Positions 1 through 9,198 of a stretch of DNA of 64,000 nt are shown here, piece after piece. Source of the stretch: Obrimoposthia wandeli (lineage: Eukaryota); assembly GCA_977020255.1 (NCBI GenBank), contig CDROCS010004649.1, forward strand, positions 1-64,000, given 5' to 3'. Made by a program: the position numbers and the translations under genes. The notes beneath the pieces were generated by a model. It made no database searches and was not told the origin of the DNA. It saw nothing but the letters and a program-made list of their open reading frames with translations. Every line of letters starts with the position of its first letter. Position 1 is the stretch's first letter.

Positions 1-2
1 AA

Positions 3-1424
3 TTAGGTTTGAATCGTCATGTTGATATAGCCATAAACCACGACCCTGCCGCGATTGATATGCATAAAATGAACCACCCAGAAACAGCGCATTACTGCGA
101 GTCTGTTTGGGATATTGACCCAGTAGAAGCATGTAACGGTAGTCCTGTTGGTTTGGCGTGGTTCTCTCCTGATTGTAAACACTTTTCTAAAGCAAAAGGC
201 GCTACACCTGTTAATAAGAACATTCGTGGCTTGGCTTGGGTTGCTGTTCGTTGGGCGGCTCTAGTGCCAGTTAGAATGATTATGTTAGAAAATGTTGAAG
301 AGTTCCTAACGTGGGGCCCTGTTATTGATGGTAAGCCATGTAAAGAACGTAAAGGCGAAACATTCAAAGCTTTTGTTGCTGCTTTATCTACTGGTCTACC
401 ACTTGATCACCCTTCCATTGATGATGTTAAAGCGGCACTAGGTGATGGCTTCGATTTAGCAGCAATTCAGAAAGGGCTAGGGTATCAAGTTGAATGGAAA
501 ATCATTAAAGCCTGTGATTTTGGTGCGCCAACAATTAGAAAGCGCTTATTCCTTATTGCTCGAAATGATAACCAGCCAATTGAATGGCCCGCTTCTACGC
601 ACGGCACTGGTTTAATACCATACAAAACAGCCGCCGATATCATAGATTGGAATGTTCCAGTTCGCTCTATATTCAATCGCAAGCGCCCGCTAGCAGCGAA
701 AACAATGGCAAGAATTGCAAAAGGATTACAACGATTTGTTATTGACTCGAGCAATCCATTTATAGTACCTGGCGAATGCGTAACTCCTTTTATCACTGAA
801 CACGCTAATGGTTCAAATCAACGGAATATGTCTGCGACTGAACCATTGCGCACCATTTGCGCTCAAGTAAAAGGCGGTCATTTTGCTGTTGTCGCGGCGC
901 ATATTGCAAAACACTGCACAGGGGTTGATGGTTCAGACATTCAAGAACCATTACACACTGTTACGGCTAAAGATCACAACGCTCTGGTTACTAGTCACAT
1001 GGTTAAAATGCGAGGCACTAATATTGGCCACAGTACTGACGAACCTGTTCATACAATATCAGCCGGCGGTTTTCATATTGGTGAAATTCGCGCTTTTCTA
1101 GTTGAATATTACGGCACCGGAAATGCTCATAGAGTGGATAAACCATTACATACTGTTACCACTAAAGACCGATTTGGCTTGATTACAATCAAAGGCGAAG
1201 ACTATCAAATAGCCGATATTGGTATGCGTATGCTTGAGCCGCATGGACTGTTTGCCGCCCAAGGATTCCCTGCTGATTATGTGACCGATGTTGATACCAA
1301 AGGCAAGAAACTGAGCAAGGCAAGTCAAGTTGCTAGATGTGGGAACGCTGTTTGCCCTCCTATAGCTCAAGCTTTAGTACAAGCTAATTACAATATGAGT
1401 TCTACTGACAAGAAAGCGGCATAA
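3..1424 (+). CDS. Phage/ICE-type DNA cytosine-C5 methyltransferase, 5' end cut by the window edge
   Basis: Motif IV variant FSPDCKHFS, motif VI ENV, motif VIII RKRLF, C-terminal GNAV. The frame is open to the left edge and motif I (FxGxGG) is missing, so the gene starts upstream of the window. Confidence 0.9.
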   Translation, partial: LGLNRHVDIAINHDPAAIDMHKMNHPETAHYCESVWDIDPVEACNGSPVGLAWFSPDCKHFSKAKGATPVNKNIRGLAWVAVRWAALVPVRMIMLENVEEFLTWGPVIDGKPCKERKGETFKAFVAALSTGLPLDHPSIDDVKAALGDGFDLAAIQKGLGYQVEWKIIKACDFGAPTIRKRLFLIARNDNQPIEWPASTHGTGLIPYKTAADIIDWNVPVRSIFNRKRPLAAKTMARIAKGLQRFVIDSSNPFIVPGECVTPFITEHANGSNQRNMSATEPLRTICAQVKGGHFAVVAAHIAKHCTGVDGSDIQEPLHTVTAKDHNALVTSHMVKMRGTNIGHSTDEPVHTISAGGFHIGEIRAFLVEYYGTGNAHRVDKPLHTVTTKDRFGLITIKGEDYQIADIGMRMLEPHGLFAAQGFPADYVTDVDTKGKKLSKASQVARCGNAVCPPIAQALVQANYNMSSTDKKAA

Positions 1425-1550
1425 CTCAAAACTGAACTAATTGAGATATGAATATATTCAGCAGCCCAGAACACGATATCTAGTTAATGCTAGCGTAGTG
1501 ACCATTGACACACTTAATAACGAAACTACTAACACTTTAGGTAAGCGTAT

Positions 1551-1805
1551 ATGAAAACGACATTTTTATTGCTAGCTGAATTTGAAAAAACAGTCATCCC
1601 TTTAGATGATATATGCGAAGAGTACTTTGGATGCAGATCACATACAGCTAAACAACATGCATCTGCAGGAACTTTGCCAGTCCCAGCATTTAGATGCGGA
1701 AAAAACAAAACTACTTGGCTAATCCATTTAACCGATCTAGCTGACATGATAGACAAAAGAAGAACAGAAGCTAAAAAAGAGTGGATTGGTCCTGCAAAGT
1801 TATGA
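1551..1805 (+). CDS. Pyocin activator PrtN-family small DNA-binding protein (putative excisionase/RDF)
   Basis: MKTTFLLLAEF...IPLDDICEEYFG...AGTLPVPAFR...WLIHLTDLADMID pattern; typical position facing the integrase. Confidence 0.8.
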   Translation: MKTTFLLLAEFEKTVIPLDDICEEYFGCRSHTAKQHASAGTLPVPAFRCGKNKTTWLIHLTDLADMIDKRRTEAKKEWIGPAKL

Positions 1806-2000
1806 GGTATATTAGCTAAGCTATGAATTAACAAAATCCTTGACTGAATGACTCAGAGCCGAAGCAGACATTTTACAACTCAATAGAACATTTTTTTTAT
1901 TCGTAATATTTATACCCGTTTTTGTTAGTCTGGTAATGAAAGCAGGTGTTTTCTATAGTCAATAAAAGAATAGTTATTAAAATAAGCAAGTTACCTAAAT

Positions 2001-2036
2001 AAAAACCGCCCGATTTTAATCAAAAGCGGGTGCTTT
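2001..2036. repeat. Imperfect palindrome, copy 1, sharing AAAAGCGGGTGCTTT with 4544-4577; probable terminator of the RloC-like gene
   Basis: aaaaaccgcccgattttaatcaaaagcgggtgcttt, ~15 nt past the stop codon. Confidence 0.7.
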
Positions 2037-2050
2037 ATAAGGGATCTAAG

Positions 2051-4363
2051 TTATAAACCAGTAATAAAACATAATGTCTCTTTAGCATAATTCTTAACTG
2101 TTTGGATTTCTAAGCCTTGAATTTGTGTATCGAACCCTTCCGCATGATGATAATTTTTAGAAAACTCATTAATTTTTTGAATTAAGTCAATTCTATTGTT
2201 TCTATCATAGAGGGGGTTTTGTTCATCTTGTTCACTTCGGATAAGCTCAATCATACTTCCTAACCATTTATCATTTGTGAATTGTTTAGGAAAACAAAAC
2301 CTTAAATATCCCTCGAGAATTGGGCGGATAGAACGAGCAATTTTAACTTTATCATCTTCATTTCCAGAAGCAACAAACTCATATAAGCTATTGTATTCTT
2401 TATGATATGAATGCATAACATAGGATTCATAACCATCTGTCATATCTATTAGTTTGCTTGATATATATTGAGAACTATCAGGATTTGAGGGGGTTGTATC
2501 GATATAATCTGAATGGATTTCAAAACACTTAGTTTCTGCAGACAAAATTGAGTGTTTTAATACATCTGACAAAAAGTATACATCGTGACTAAATATAAAC
2601 GTTTGATAGTTGTTATTAACTAATTTTTCTATTTCAACAATTGTTGCATTTCTTCTATGCACATCTAGTGATGACATAGGATCATCAAGGGCAATAATTA
2701 CGTTATCTGTATTTTTATCTTTAAATTTAGATAAGAAAAAGGCTAGAGCTAATGCAGACCTATCACCCATACTCAGAACGTTATCAAATATTTTTTGGTT
2801 ATCGTTTAATATCGATAATTCGTTACCTATAAATGTCATTACATAAATGATTCGACTAGCTCCTCTATGACCTTGGTTATCCTTTTTTAGCTCCTTAATG
2901 CGGATCATAGAGTTAAAATTTTTCAATAGTTCGTTAATTGAATCCCTAGACTTACCTATACTATCTTCTTGCTCTGTAGCTATCAGATCTCTCAAATCAG
3001 TAATTTCTTTTGTATTGGCAGACTTTTTCGATTCGAGTAGCTTTAATTCTTCTAAATTTTGTAGGCTCTCAGGTGAAAATCTTGCTTTGGATTCTTTTAG
3101 TTTATTTATTTTATTAATTATTTCTTCGATTGTATCTGACCCTAAACCAGAAACAAAAGTATCTATATACTTATTGAATTGTTCAATTTTTGCGTTGTAA
3201 ACAACAAAATTGATTGATGAAAATATTTTTTGAAAAACGTTATCAAATTTAGAAAAATTAGAATCTGATAGTAAATCTTTTTCTTTGGCTTTTATTAATG
3301 ATCTAATTTCAAAATTAAGGTCTTTGGACAATTTATCTATAATTTTAAAATCATAATTTGGTTCAACTGTTTTTATTCTATCAGACCATTCTCTAATTAT
3401 TTCTATATTTCTTTTTGTAGTATCTTCTTGCTCTTCAATTTTTACACCAATATCCATAACATCAAGTTCAAACTGACTACTAGCAAGTTCAAATTCATTA
3501 CTTGCTGTCAAATAAGCTTCATTCATAAATTCTTGATATAAATGATAGATTGGTGAAGTGGAAAGAGACTGGCCACAAAATGGGCAGTTATTAGACTCTG
3601 TTACAAGCTCCCTCCCTTCTTCGATCCAGACATTATCCTGATCTTTTTGGTTCGCTTCTATATGTTTGGAAACTTCTTCTTGTGCTTCTTTTGATAAAGA
3701 AGCAATAGTAGTAATAAAACAGCTTTTATCTAATGTAGGTTGTTCAATACTCAGTTTTTTGAGCTTATCCCTTTTTCTGAAGTGTTCAATATCTTTTATA
3801 TCTTGAAATTTTTTCTCAAATTCTGATATTTTATTTTCAACGTCATTGATTTTTTTTATTTTTCTTATTTTGGCTATTGTTTGATTTTTGAGTTGAGCTC
3901 TAATTTTTGTTGATAAGGTAGTAATATCAGACGCTAAATTTCCATTATCTAATTTTATTGAGTCAATTTTTGTTTGATGTGTTACAGAAAGCGCACCCAA
4001 TGAAAATTCATAATAGTTAGCAAGTTGTGAACTTTCAGTACCTTTAGAAGTGTATAAATTCTTTTCAATGAAAGATTGATTGAACACTTGAAATGTATAT
4101 GGGACAGATAACGATTTAAGATCAACTCTACAGTTGTCGTCGAACAAGAAATTTAAGTTAGGTTCTCCCTCTGTCTCTCTAGAGGATAATGATTTTATAG
4201 TATCTATATCATTTTCATTAATGTATTCAAAAATTTTACCTAATGTTGATTTTCCAGAACCATTTCGACCATATATAAGATTGAGTTTTTCAAAAAAACT
4301 ACCTTGGCTTCCATTGTGTTGCCATTGCTTAACATTTTCTAATTTTATTAATTTCTTAAGCAT
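2051..4363 (-). CDS. RloC-like (AAA_13) ABC-ATPase / zinc-hook / HEPN protein, putative anticodon nuclease defence gene
   Basis: Walker A GRNGSGKS, central CPFC hook within coiled coil, signature LSMGD, Walker B/D-loop LDDPMSSLD, H-loop FSHD, C-terminal RPILEGY and NEFSKNYHH (HEPN-like). Much more AT-rich than its flanks. Confidence 0.75.
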   Translation of the reverse strand: MLKKLIKLENVKQWQHNGSQGSFFEKLNLIYGRNGSGKSTLGKIFEYINENDIDTIKSLSSRETEGEPNLNFLFDDNCRVDLKSLSVPYTFQVFNQSFIEKNLYTSKGTESSQLANYYEFSLGALSVTHQTKIDSIKLDNGNLASDITTLSTKIRAQLKNQTIAKIRKIKKINDVENKISEFEKKFQDIKDIEHFRKRDKLKKLSIEQPTLDKSCFITTIASLSKEAQEEVSKHIEANQKDQDNVWIEEGRELVTESNNCPFCGQSLSTSPIYHLYQEFMNEAYLTASNEFELASSQFELDVMDIGVKIEEQEDTTKRNIEIIREWSDRIKTVEPNYDFKIIDKLSKDLNFEIRSLIKAKEKDLLSDSNFSKFDNVFQKIFSSINFVVYNAKIEQFNKYIDTFVSGLGSDTIEEIINKINKLKESKARFSPESLQNLEELKLLESKKSANTKEITDLRDLIATEQEDSIGKSRDSINELLKNFNSMIRIKELKKDNQGHRGASRIIYVMTFIGNELSILNDNQKIFDNVLSMGDRSALALAFFLSKFKDKNTDNVIIALDDPMSSLDVHRRNATIVEIEKLVNNNYQTFIFSHDVYFLSDVLKHSILSAETKCFEIHSDYIDTTPSNPDSSQYISSKLIDMTDGYESYVMHSYHKEYNSLYEFVASGNEDDKVKIARSIRPILEGYLRFCFPKQFTNDKWLGSMIELIRSEQDEQNPLYDRNNRIDLIQKINEFSKNYHHAEGFDTQIQGLEIQTVKNYAKETLCFITGL

Positions 4364-4543
4364 CAATTTATCCCTTAATTGTAAAAACTGCTAAATATTG
4401 AATCCTCGCAGGATAAAGTTTTATATATTTCCCCACAACCACAACCACAAGCCCGTGTTCTCTATTTTGTAATACACACCATTATATAGATTTCCTATAA
4501 AAAACAACTTATAGCAAAAGGTTATATGATTTATGTGACTAAT

Positions 4544-4577
4544 AAAGCACCCGCTTTTATCTAAAAGCGGGTGCTTT
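4544..4577. repeat. Perfect palindrome, copy 2 (AAAGCACCCGCTTTTA-TC-TAAAAGCGGGTGCTTT)
   Basis: 16-bp arms. The 15 bp at 4563-4577 are identical to 2022-2036. Confidence 0.75.
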
Positions 4578-4797
4578 TTTGAGTAGGGGTGAAAAGCATT
4601 AACTATCTTAAATCTAGTAACCCTATTTGGGCAATAAACCGATAAAGCCGATCTAGCTAATATGCCCGCTCCAGCCTCTTTGGAATATTTTAACCAATGA
4701 CTGGAATCGGCCAATCTCGAAAATTTCACACCACTGTTGCGTAAAACCTCGACCACTGTTCCTATTGCACAGTGGAGCTCAACTAAAAAGCATGGAA

Positions 4798-5859
4798 TTA
4801 ATTCTCATCATATTTGTCATGTAGACGACTAGGATACAATTCCGTATAGACTTGCCATAGCGTATTTATATTTCTATGCCCTGTCACTTGCGCAACTTCA
4901 TCTATCGTGTAGCCTTTCTCAAACAATCGGCTAGCGCCCTCTCGACGCAAATCATGATACTTTAAATCTAGAATGTTTAACTGATTTCTTACTTGCTGGA
5001 AGCCTGAAGACACGGATCGAGAATTATAAGGAAAGATGCATTCACTATTTCTCGGCTGGCGTTGCAATATATTCCAAGCATCGCCTAAAAGCGGCGCTAA
5101 CAAATGATTGCCCGTTTTTTTCCTAGGATCTTTTCTATCTTTTACCAGAACCGCTTTTTGCGAGACATCTACATCAACCCATTTAATTGAACAAACCTCT
5201 CCTATACGCATACATGATAATATTGAAAAATCTAATATATCAACAAAGGGGATATTCGAACTAGGGCTGGACTCCCTTTTCAACAAACCTTCCCTCAGCT
5301 TTTCAAGCTCTATAGCAGAAGGCCTTCTCGATCTTCTTTCACTTTTACCGATTAAATTGAGATCATGCAATATAGGGTAGGCATCTATCACACTTTGTTC
5401 AGTAATATCATAGCCCCAATAGGGTTTGGCAACCTTGAGAACGCTACGTATATAGCTAACATCATGGTTAATTGTTGATTTACCCGCCCCGCTTTCATTA
5501 CGTAGCTTACAATGGTTTATTACATCTCCCGGTGTTAAATCGCCAAGATAAACATTCGCTATATCACAGTCCGAGATTAAATTTAACACACCCAATTTTG
5601 TGCGTTTTAGTTGCGAACCAAAATCTTCAATATACTTTTTTATTGCATCGCCGAGTGTAATGTTTTCAGTACTACCACCAATCCCATTTTTTTCTAAATC
5701 ATATACACGGTTTTTTCCCCAAGCTACAGCAGTAGAATGCTTAGAGAATGTTCTTGATTCCCTATATACTACAGTACTTGCTTTTTTAACTCGCACATTC
5801 GTTGTATACCTAGGTGTGCCACTGACTGTTTTGCGCTTGTTTATAGTATAACTTGCCAT
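4798..5859 (-). CDS. Tyrosine recombinase/integrase resembling dusA-associated integrases
   Basis: Catalytic R (SCMRIGE), HDLRR, GHRN and Y (LWQVY); N-terminal MASYTINKRK arm-binding region. Likely start is the ATG at 5859. Confidence 0.9.
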   Translation of the reverse strand: MASYTINKRKTVSGTPRYTTNVRVKKASTVVYRESRTFSKHSTAVAWGKNRVYDLEKNGIGGSTENITLGDAIKKYIEDFGSQLKRTKLGVLNLISDCDIANVYLGDLTPGDVINHCKLRNESGAGKSTINHDVSYIRSVLKVAKPYWGYDITEQSVIDAYPILHDLNLIGKSERRSRRPSAIELEKLREGLLKRESSPSSNIPFVDILDFSILSCMRIGEVCSIKWVDVDVSQKAVLVKDRKDPRKKTGNHLLAPLLGDAWNILQRQPRNSECIFPYNSRSVSSGFQQVRNQLNILDLKYHDLRREGASRLFEKGYTIDEVAQVTGHRNINTLWQVYTELYPSRLHDKYDEN

Positions 5860-5952
5860 GATAAAATCCAAAGGGGCTACAAAATTTACGTAGCCCATTT
5901 GTAGCACCCTCAACTAAAAAAAGCCAATAATTAGCGATAAATAAGGAAGAAT

Positions 5953-6861
5953 ATGACTATATGCAAATCTCCTCTAACACCTATGAGTACTGACATTATT
6001 GATAGTTCAAGGGTTGTCGGATTGGAGACATACCCTATCACGGATTGGGATGATGCCTACGCAAATGCTAGTCATATTCCAAACGGTTTAAGTTATATTG
6101 ATAGCTGGCTTGAATCAGCCAAAACTTTTCGTGAATACATGCTTGCTAAAGGGAGGGCTCGATTGGATATTCGCTACGGTGAAAATCAGCGAAATGCTTT
6201 CGATTTGTTCATGCCGGATACTTCAAAATCATCTCCAGTAAAAGGCTTAGTTGTCTTTGTACATGGTGGGTTTTGGATGATGCTAGATAAAAGCTCTTGG
6301 TCACACTTAGCTCAAGGTAGTTTAGATGCAGGCTTCGCAGTAGCGATGCCCTCTTATACGTTATGCCCTGATATACCTATTGGCGGTATCGTTAAAGAGA
6401 TTGCAATGGCGATAGAATCTGCAGCCAAACTAGTAGCGGGCGAAATTAGATTGACAGGTCATTCAGCTGGCGGGCACTTAGTCACCAGCATGCTCTGTGA
6501 AGATAGCCCTTTAGATGTAACAGTAAAGCAGCGCATCGCCAAAACGGTTTCTATATCAGGCGTACACGATTTAAGAGCACTATTAAATACTAAAATGAAT
6601 GAGAGCCTACAGCTAGATACACAACAAGCAAATGAGCTGAGTACTGTACTTAAAACACCTTCTCATTTAGCCCCATTAACGTGTTGGGTAGGTAGTGACG
6701 AAAGACCTGAGTTTAAGCGTTTAAACCAATTGCAGGCGCAAATGTGGCAAAGCTTTGCACTGCAAACTAATTGGGTAGAAGAGAAAAACAAACATCATTT
6801 TAATGTTGTAGATGGACTAATGGATAAACAGCACCCTTTAATGCAGTCTCTGCTCGCCTAA
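5953..6861 (+). CDS. Alpha/beta hydrolase, kynurenine formamidase (KFA)-like
   Basis: DWDDAYAN start, HGGFW oxyanion motif, GHSAGG nucleophile, HHFNV. An alternative TTG start exists at 6022. Confidence 0.8.
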   Translation: MTICKSPLTPMSTDIIDSSRVVGLETYPITDWDDAYANASHIPNGLSYIDSWLESAKTFREYMLAKGRARLDIRYGENQRNAFDLFMPDTSKSSPVKGLVVFVHGGFWMMLDKSSWSHLAQGSLDAGFAVAMPSYTLCPDIPIGGIVKEIAMAIESAAKLVAGEIRLTGHSAGGHLVTSMLCEDSPLDVTVKQRIAKTVSISGVHDLRALLNTKMNESLQLDTQQANELSTVLKTPSHLAPLTCWVGSDERPEFKRLNQLQAQMWQSFALQTNWVEEKNKHHFNVVDGLMDKQHPLMQSLLA

Positions 6862-7074
6862 TAGTGTAATTCACTGATAAAATGGAGGTTAGAATGTAAA
6901 GTTAATCTCAATTTTGATACAGTGTTTTCAACTTAGGGCTTTAGGATAGTGAACATTTAAAGCGATCTAATACAGTGAGTAGCTTTTTTAAAGATTGTCA
7001 GACGCACACTTATTGACGATACACCACTGTATACAGAGCTAGCTCTCATAAAAATTAATTAAGGAATATAGGAA

Positions 7075-7353
7075 ATGGTTTCTACAATAGTATTGATGAA
7101 TGTTGAGCGTGGACAATCTAGTAATGTTGGCGAAAAACTAGCCGCCATGAATGGCGTTACTGAAGTTTATTCAGTGGCAGGTGCTTATGATTTAGTTGCC
7201 CTAGTACGTACAGAGAACAACGAACAGCTTGCAGATTTAGTCTCTACTGAAATAGGCAAAATTGATGAAATCGTTAGCACGCAAACAATGATCGCTTTTA
7301 AAACATTTTCTAAGTTCGATCTTGATGCTATGTTCTCAATTGGTATGGATTAG
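7075..7353 (+). CDS. Stand-alone Lrp/AsnC ligand-binding (RAM) domain protein
   Basis: 92 aa, V..VYSVAGAYDLVALV motif, no N-terminal HTH. Confidence 0.8.
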   Translation: MVSTIVLMNVERGQSSNVGEKLAAMNGVTEVYSVAGAYDLVALVRTENNEQLADLVSTEIGKIDEIVSTQTMIAFKTFSKFDLDAMFSIGMD

Positions 7354-7370
7354 TCTTAAAACGCAACACT

Positions 7371-7397
7371 AAAGCCCGCCTAGCGGGCTTTTTTTTA
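7371..7397 (+). terminator. Rho-independent terminator
   Basis: AAAGCCCGC-CTA-GCGGGCTTT followed by a T run. Confidence 0.85.
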
Positions 7398-7398
7398 T

Positions 7399-7592
7399 GT
7401 ACAGGATGTACGGTATTAGCGGTGCCATGGATGGCAAAGAGCGTATGTACAGGATTCGCAGTTAGTTACGCTCCCGACAAAAACTAACTACTTACATCCA
7501 TGTAAGCAATTAGCGATGCCATATATGGCAAAGAGCGTATGTACAGGATTCGCAGTTAAATACGCTCCCGACAAAGACTAAATACTTACTTC
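7399..7592. repeat. Tandem 94-bp REP/MITE-like repeat (about 2 copies)
   Basis: attagcg..gccat..atggcaaagagcgtatgtacaggattcgcagtta..tacgctcccgacaaa starts at 7415 and at 7509; contains the palindrome cttacatccatgtaag. Confidence 0.85.
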
Positions 7593-7682
7593 CGACAAAT
7601 AACTTGCTCTTGTTAACTACGTAAGAACTAAACACTGCCAGCAATAACACAGTCAATTTTGCACGCTTTAAATAGGTAACAT

Positions 7683-9152
7683 ATGGGCCAGATTAATTTT
7701 AAAACTAAAATAAGTGCTTTAAGACCCAATGATACACACCTAAAAAAAGAGGCATGCAGCCCTCTAGATTTACAACATCACTTTGAAAGCGATCGTGGCC
7801 GCATTATCAATAGTGCAGCGATACGACGCTTGCAGCAAAAGACCCAAGTCTTCCCTCTTGAAAAAAATGCAGCGGTGCGCAGCCGCCTTACCCATTCAAT
7901 GGAAGTACAACAAGTTGGGCGCTTTATAGTACAACGAATTTTTTTCAAGCTCAGTGAAAAAAAACAGCAAGAGTACGGCTTAGATGGATTAGAGCGCTGT
8001 ATTGAGTCTTTAGTTGAGATGTCTTGCTTGATGCATGATATAGGTAACCCACCTTTTGGCCATTTTGGCGAACAGGCGATAAACCAATGGTTTGCAAATA
8101 ATCTACTGTTGTTATCAGAGCAACCCAATGCGAGCGCTTCAACCAACATCTTTCATGATAGGCCTGAATTAATCAGAGATTTACTGCAATTTGAAGGCAA
8201 CGCTCAGGCCATTCGCCTGGTCTCATCTCTGCTTAATCTCAATGTAACCTTTACCCAAGCCGCAGGTATCTTAAAGTACACCCGCCCAGGTACCGCATTA
8301 AAAAATGCAACGCCTGATAATAAAAGCTACTTAATGAAAAAAGTAGGCTTTTATTTTAGCGAAACTAAATACATCACACGTTTGATGAATTCTTTAGATA
8401 TTGATACACATTGTCGCCATCCTATTTCTTACATAATGGAGGCCGCTGATGATATTTCATATTGTCTGGCAGATATCGAGGATGGTGTAGAAAAAGGCAT
8501 TTTAACTACGGATGATTTAAGCCTGTTACTTGAGCACACTTATCTAGACATTTTGAGCACGTTTGACATTAGTGCCCCCCAAGCTAAAACATTTATGCAT
8601 GACACTTTGCAAAAAGCCAACGCGAGTTCGAACTTCTTTGTCAGCTTAAGAGTGTCTCTATCGCACCCACTGGTTTTACACGCTACTGATCAATTTATCA
8701 ATAACATCGAGCACGTTTATCAAGGTACTTATAACAATGCATTACTTGAGGACAATAGCCGCTACCATGCCATTACAGAAACCTTAAAACAAATAGCGAT
8801 CAAACACGTTTTTAACCATAAAGAAGTAGAAAAACTAGAATTGCAAGGCTATCGAATCATCAGTGGTTTGCTTGATTGTTATAAACCCTTATTGGCAGTT
8901 AGCGCAGCGGTGTTTGATGAAATTTTATTAGCGACAAAAAATGCACCTTTGCTAGAAAAGCATTTAGCAAAAAAACTCCCTGCCAGACACCTTACTACCT
9001 ATACCCAAGCGATCAACAATATAGGTTCTGACAATAGTGAGTTTGCAGCACTAGAATACTACTATCGCTGTAGATTAATACAGGATTACATCAGTGGTAT
9101 GACTGATCAGTTCGCTTATGATGAGTATAGAATGCTGATGGTGATTGATTAA
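7683..9152 (+). CDS. dgt: dGTP triphosphohydrolase (E. coli-like)
   Basis: FESDRGRII..AIRRLQQKTQVFPLE, RLTHSMEV, HD motif HDIGNPPFGHFGE, EAADDISY, DYISGMTD. Confidence 0.95.
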   Translation: MGQINFKTKISALRPNDTHLKKEACSPLDLQHHFESDRGRIINSAAIRRLQQKTQVFPLEKNAAVRSRLTHSMEVQQVGRFIVQRIFFKLSEKKQQEYGLDGLERCIESLVEMSCLMHDIGNPPFGHFGEQAINQWFANNLLLLSEQPNASASTNIFHDRPELIRDLLQFEGNAQAIRLVSSLLNLNVTFTQAAGILKYTRPGTALKNATPDNKSYLMKKVGFYFSETKYITRLMNSLDIDTHCRHPISYIMEAADDISYCLADIEDGVEKGILTTDDLSLLLEHTYLDILSTFDISAPQAKTFMHDTLQKANASSNFFVSLRVSLSHPLVLHATDQFINNIEHVYQGTYNNALLEDNSRYHAITETLKQIAIKHVFNHKEVEKLELQGYRIISGLLDCYKPLLAVSAAVFDEILLATKNAPLLEKHLAKKLPARHLTTYTQAINNIGSDNSEFAALEYYYRCRLIQDYISGMTDQFAYDEYRMLMVID

Positions 9153-9198
9153 TACTTGCTTAAACCTTATCGGCAATTTTTGCACTTAAATAACACAA

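Larger units (their letters stand above)
1..5950. mobile_element. Integrase-proximal end of a prophage or genomic island (left part outside window)
   Basis: MTase, PrtN-like gene and convergent tyrosine integrase, followed by a switch to metabolic genes. The exact att core was not identified. Confidence 0.8.

Noticed and set aside
4421-4756. 111-aa ORF between the integrase and the RloC-like gene
   Set aside because: No recognisable motif; it runs through the palindromes and the microsatellite, so it is probably spurious.
7683-9152. dgt as an antiphage dGTPase
   Set aside because: The sequence closely follows housekeeping E. coli-type Dgt and lies among metabolic genes, outside the island.
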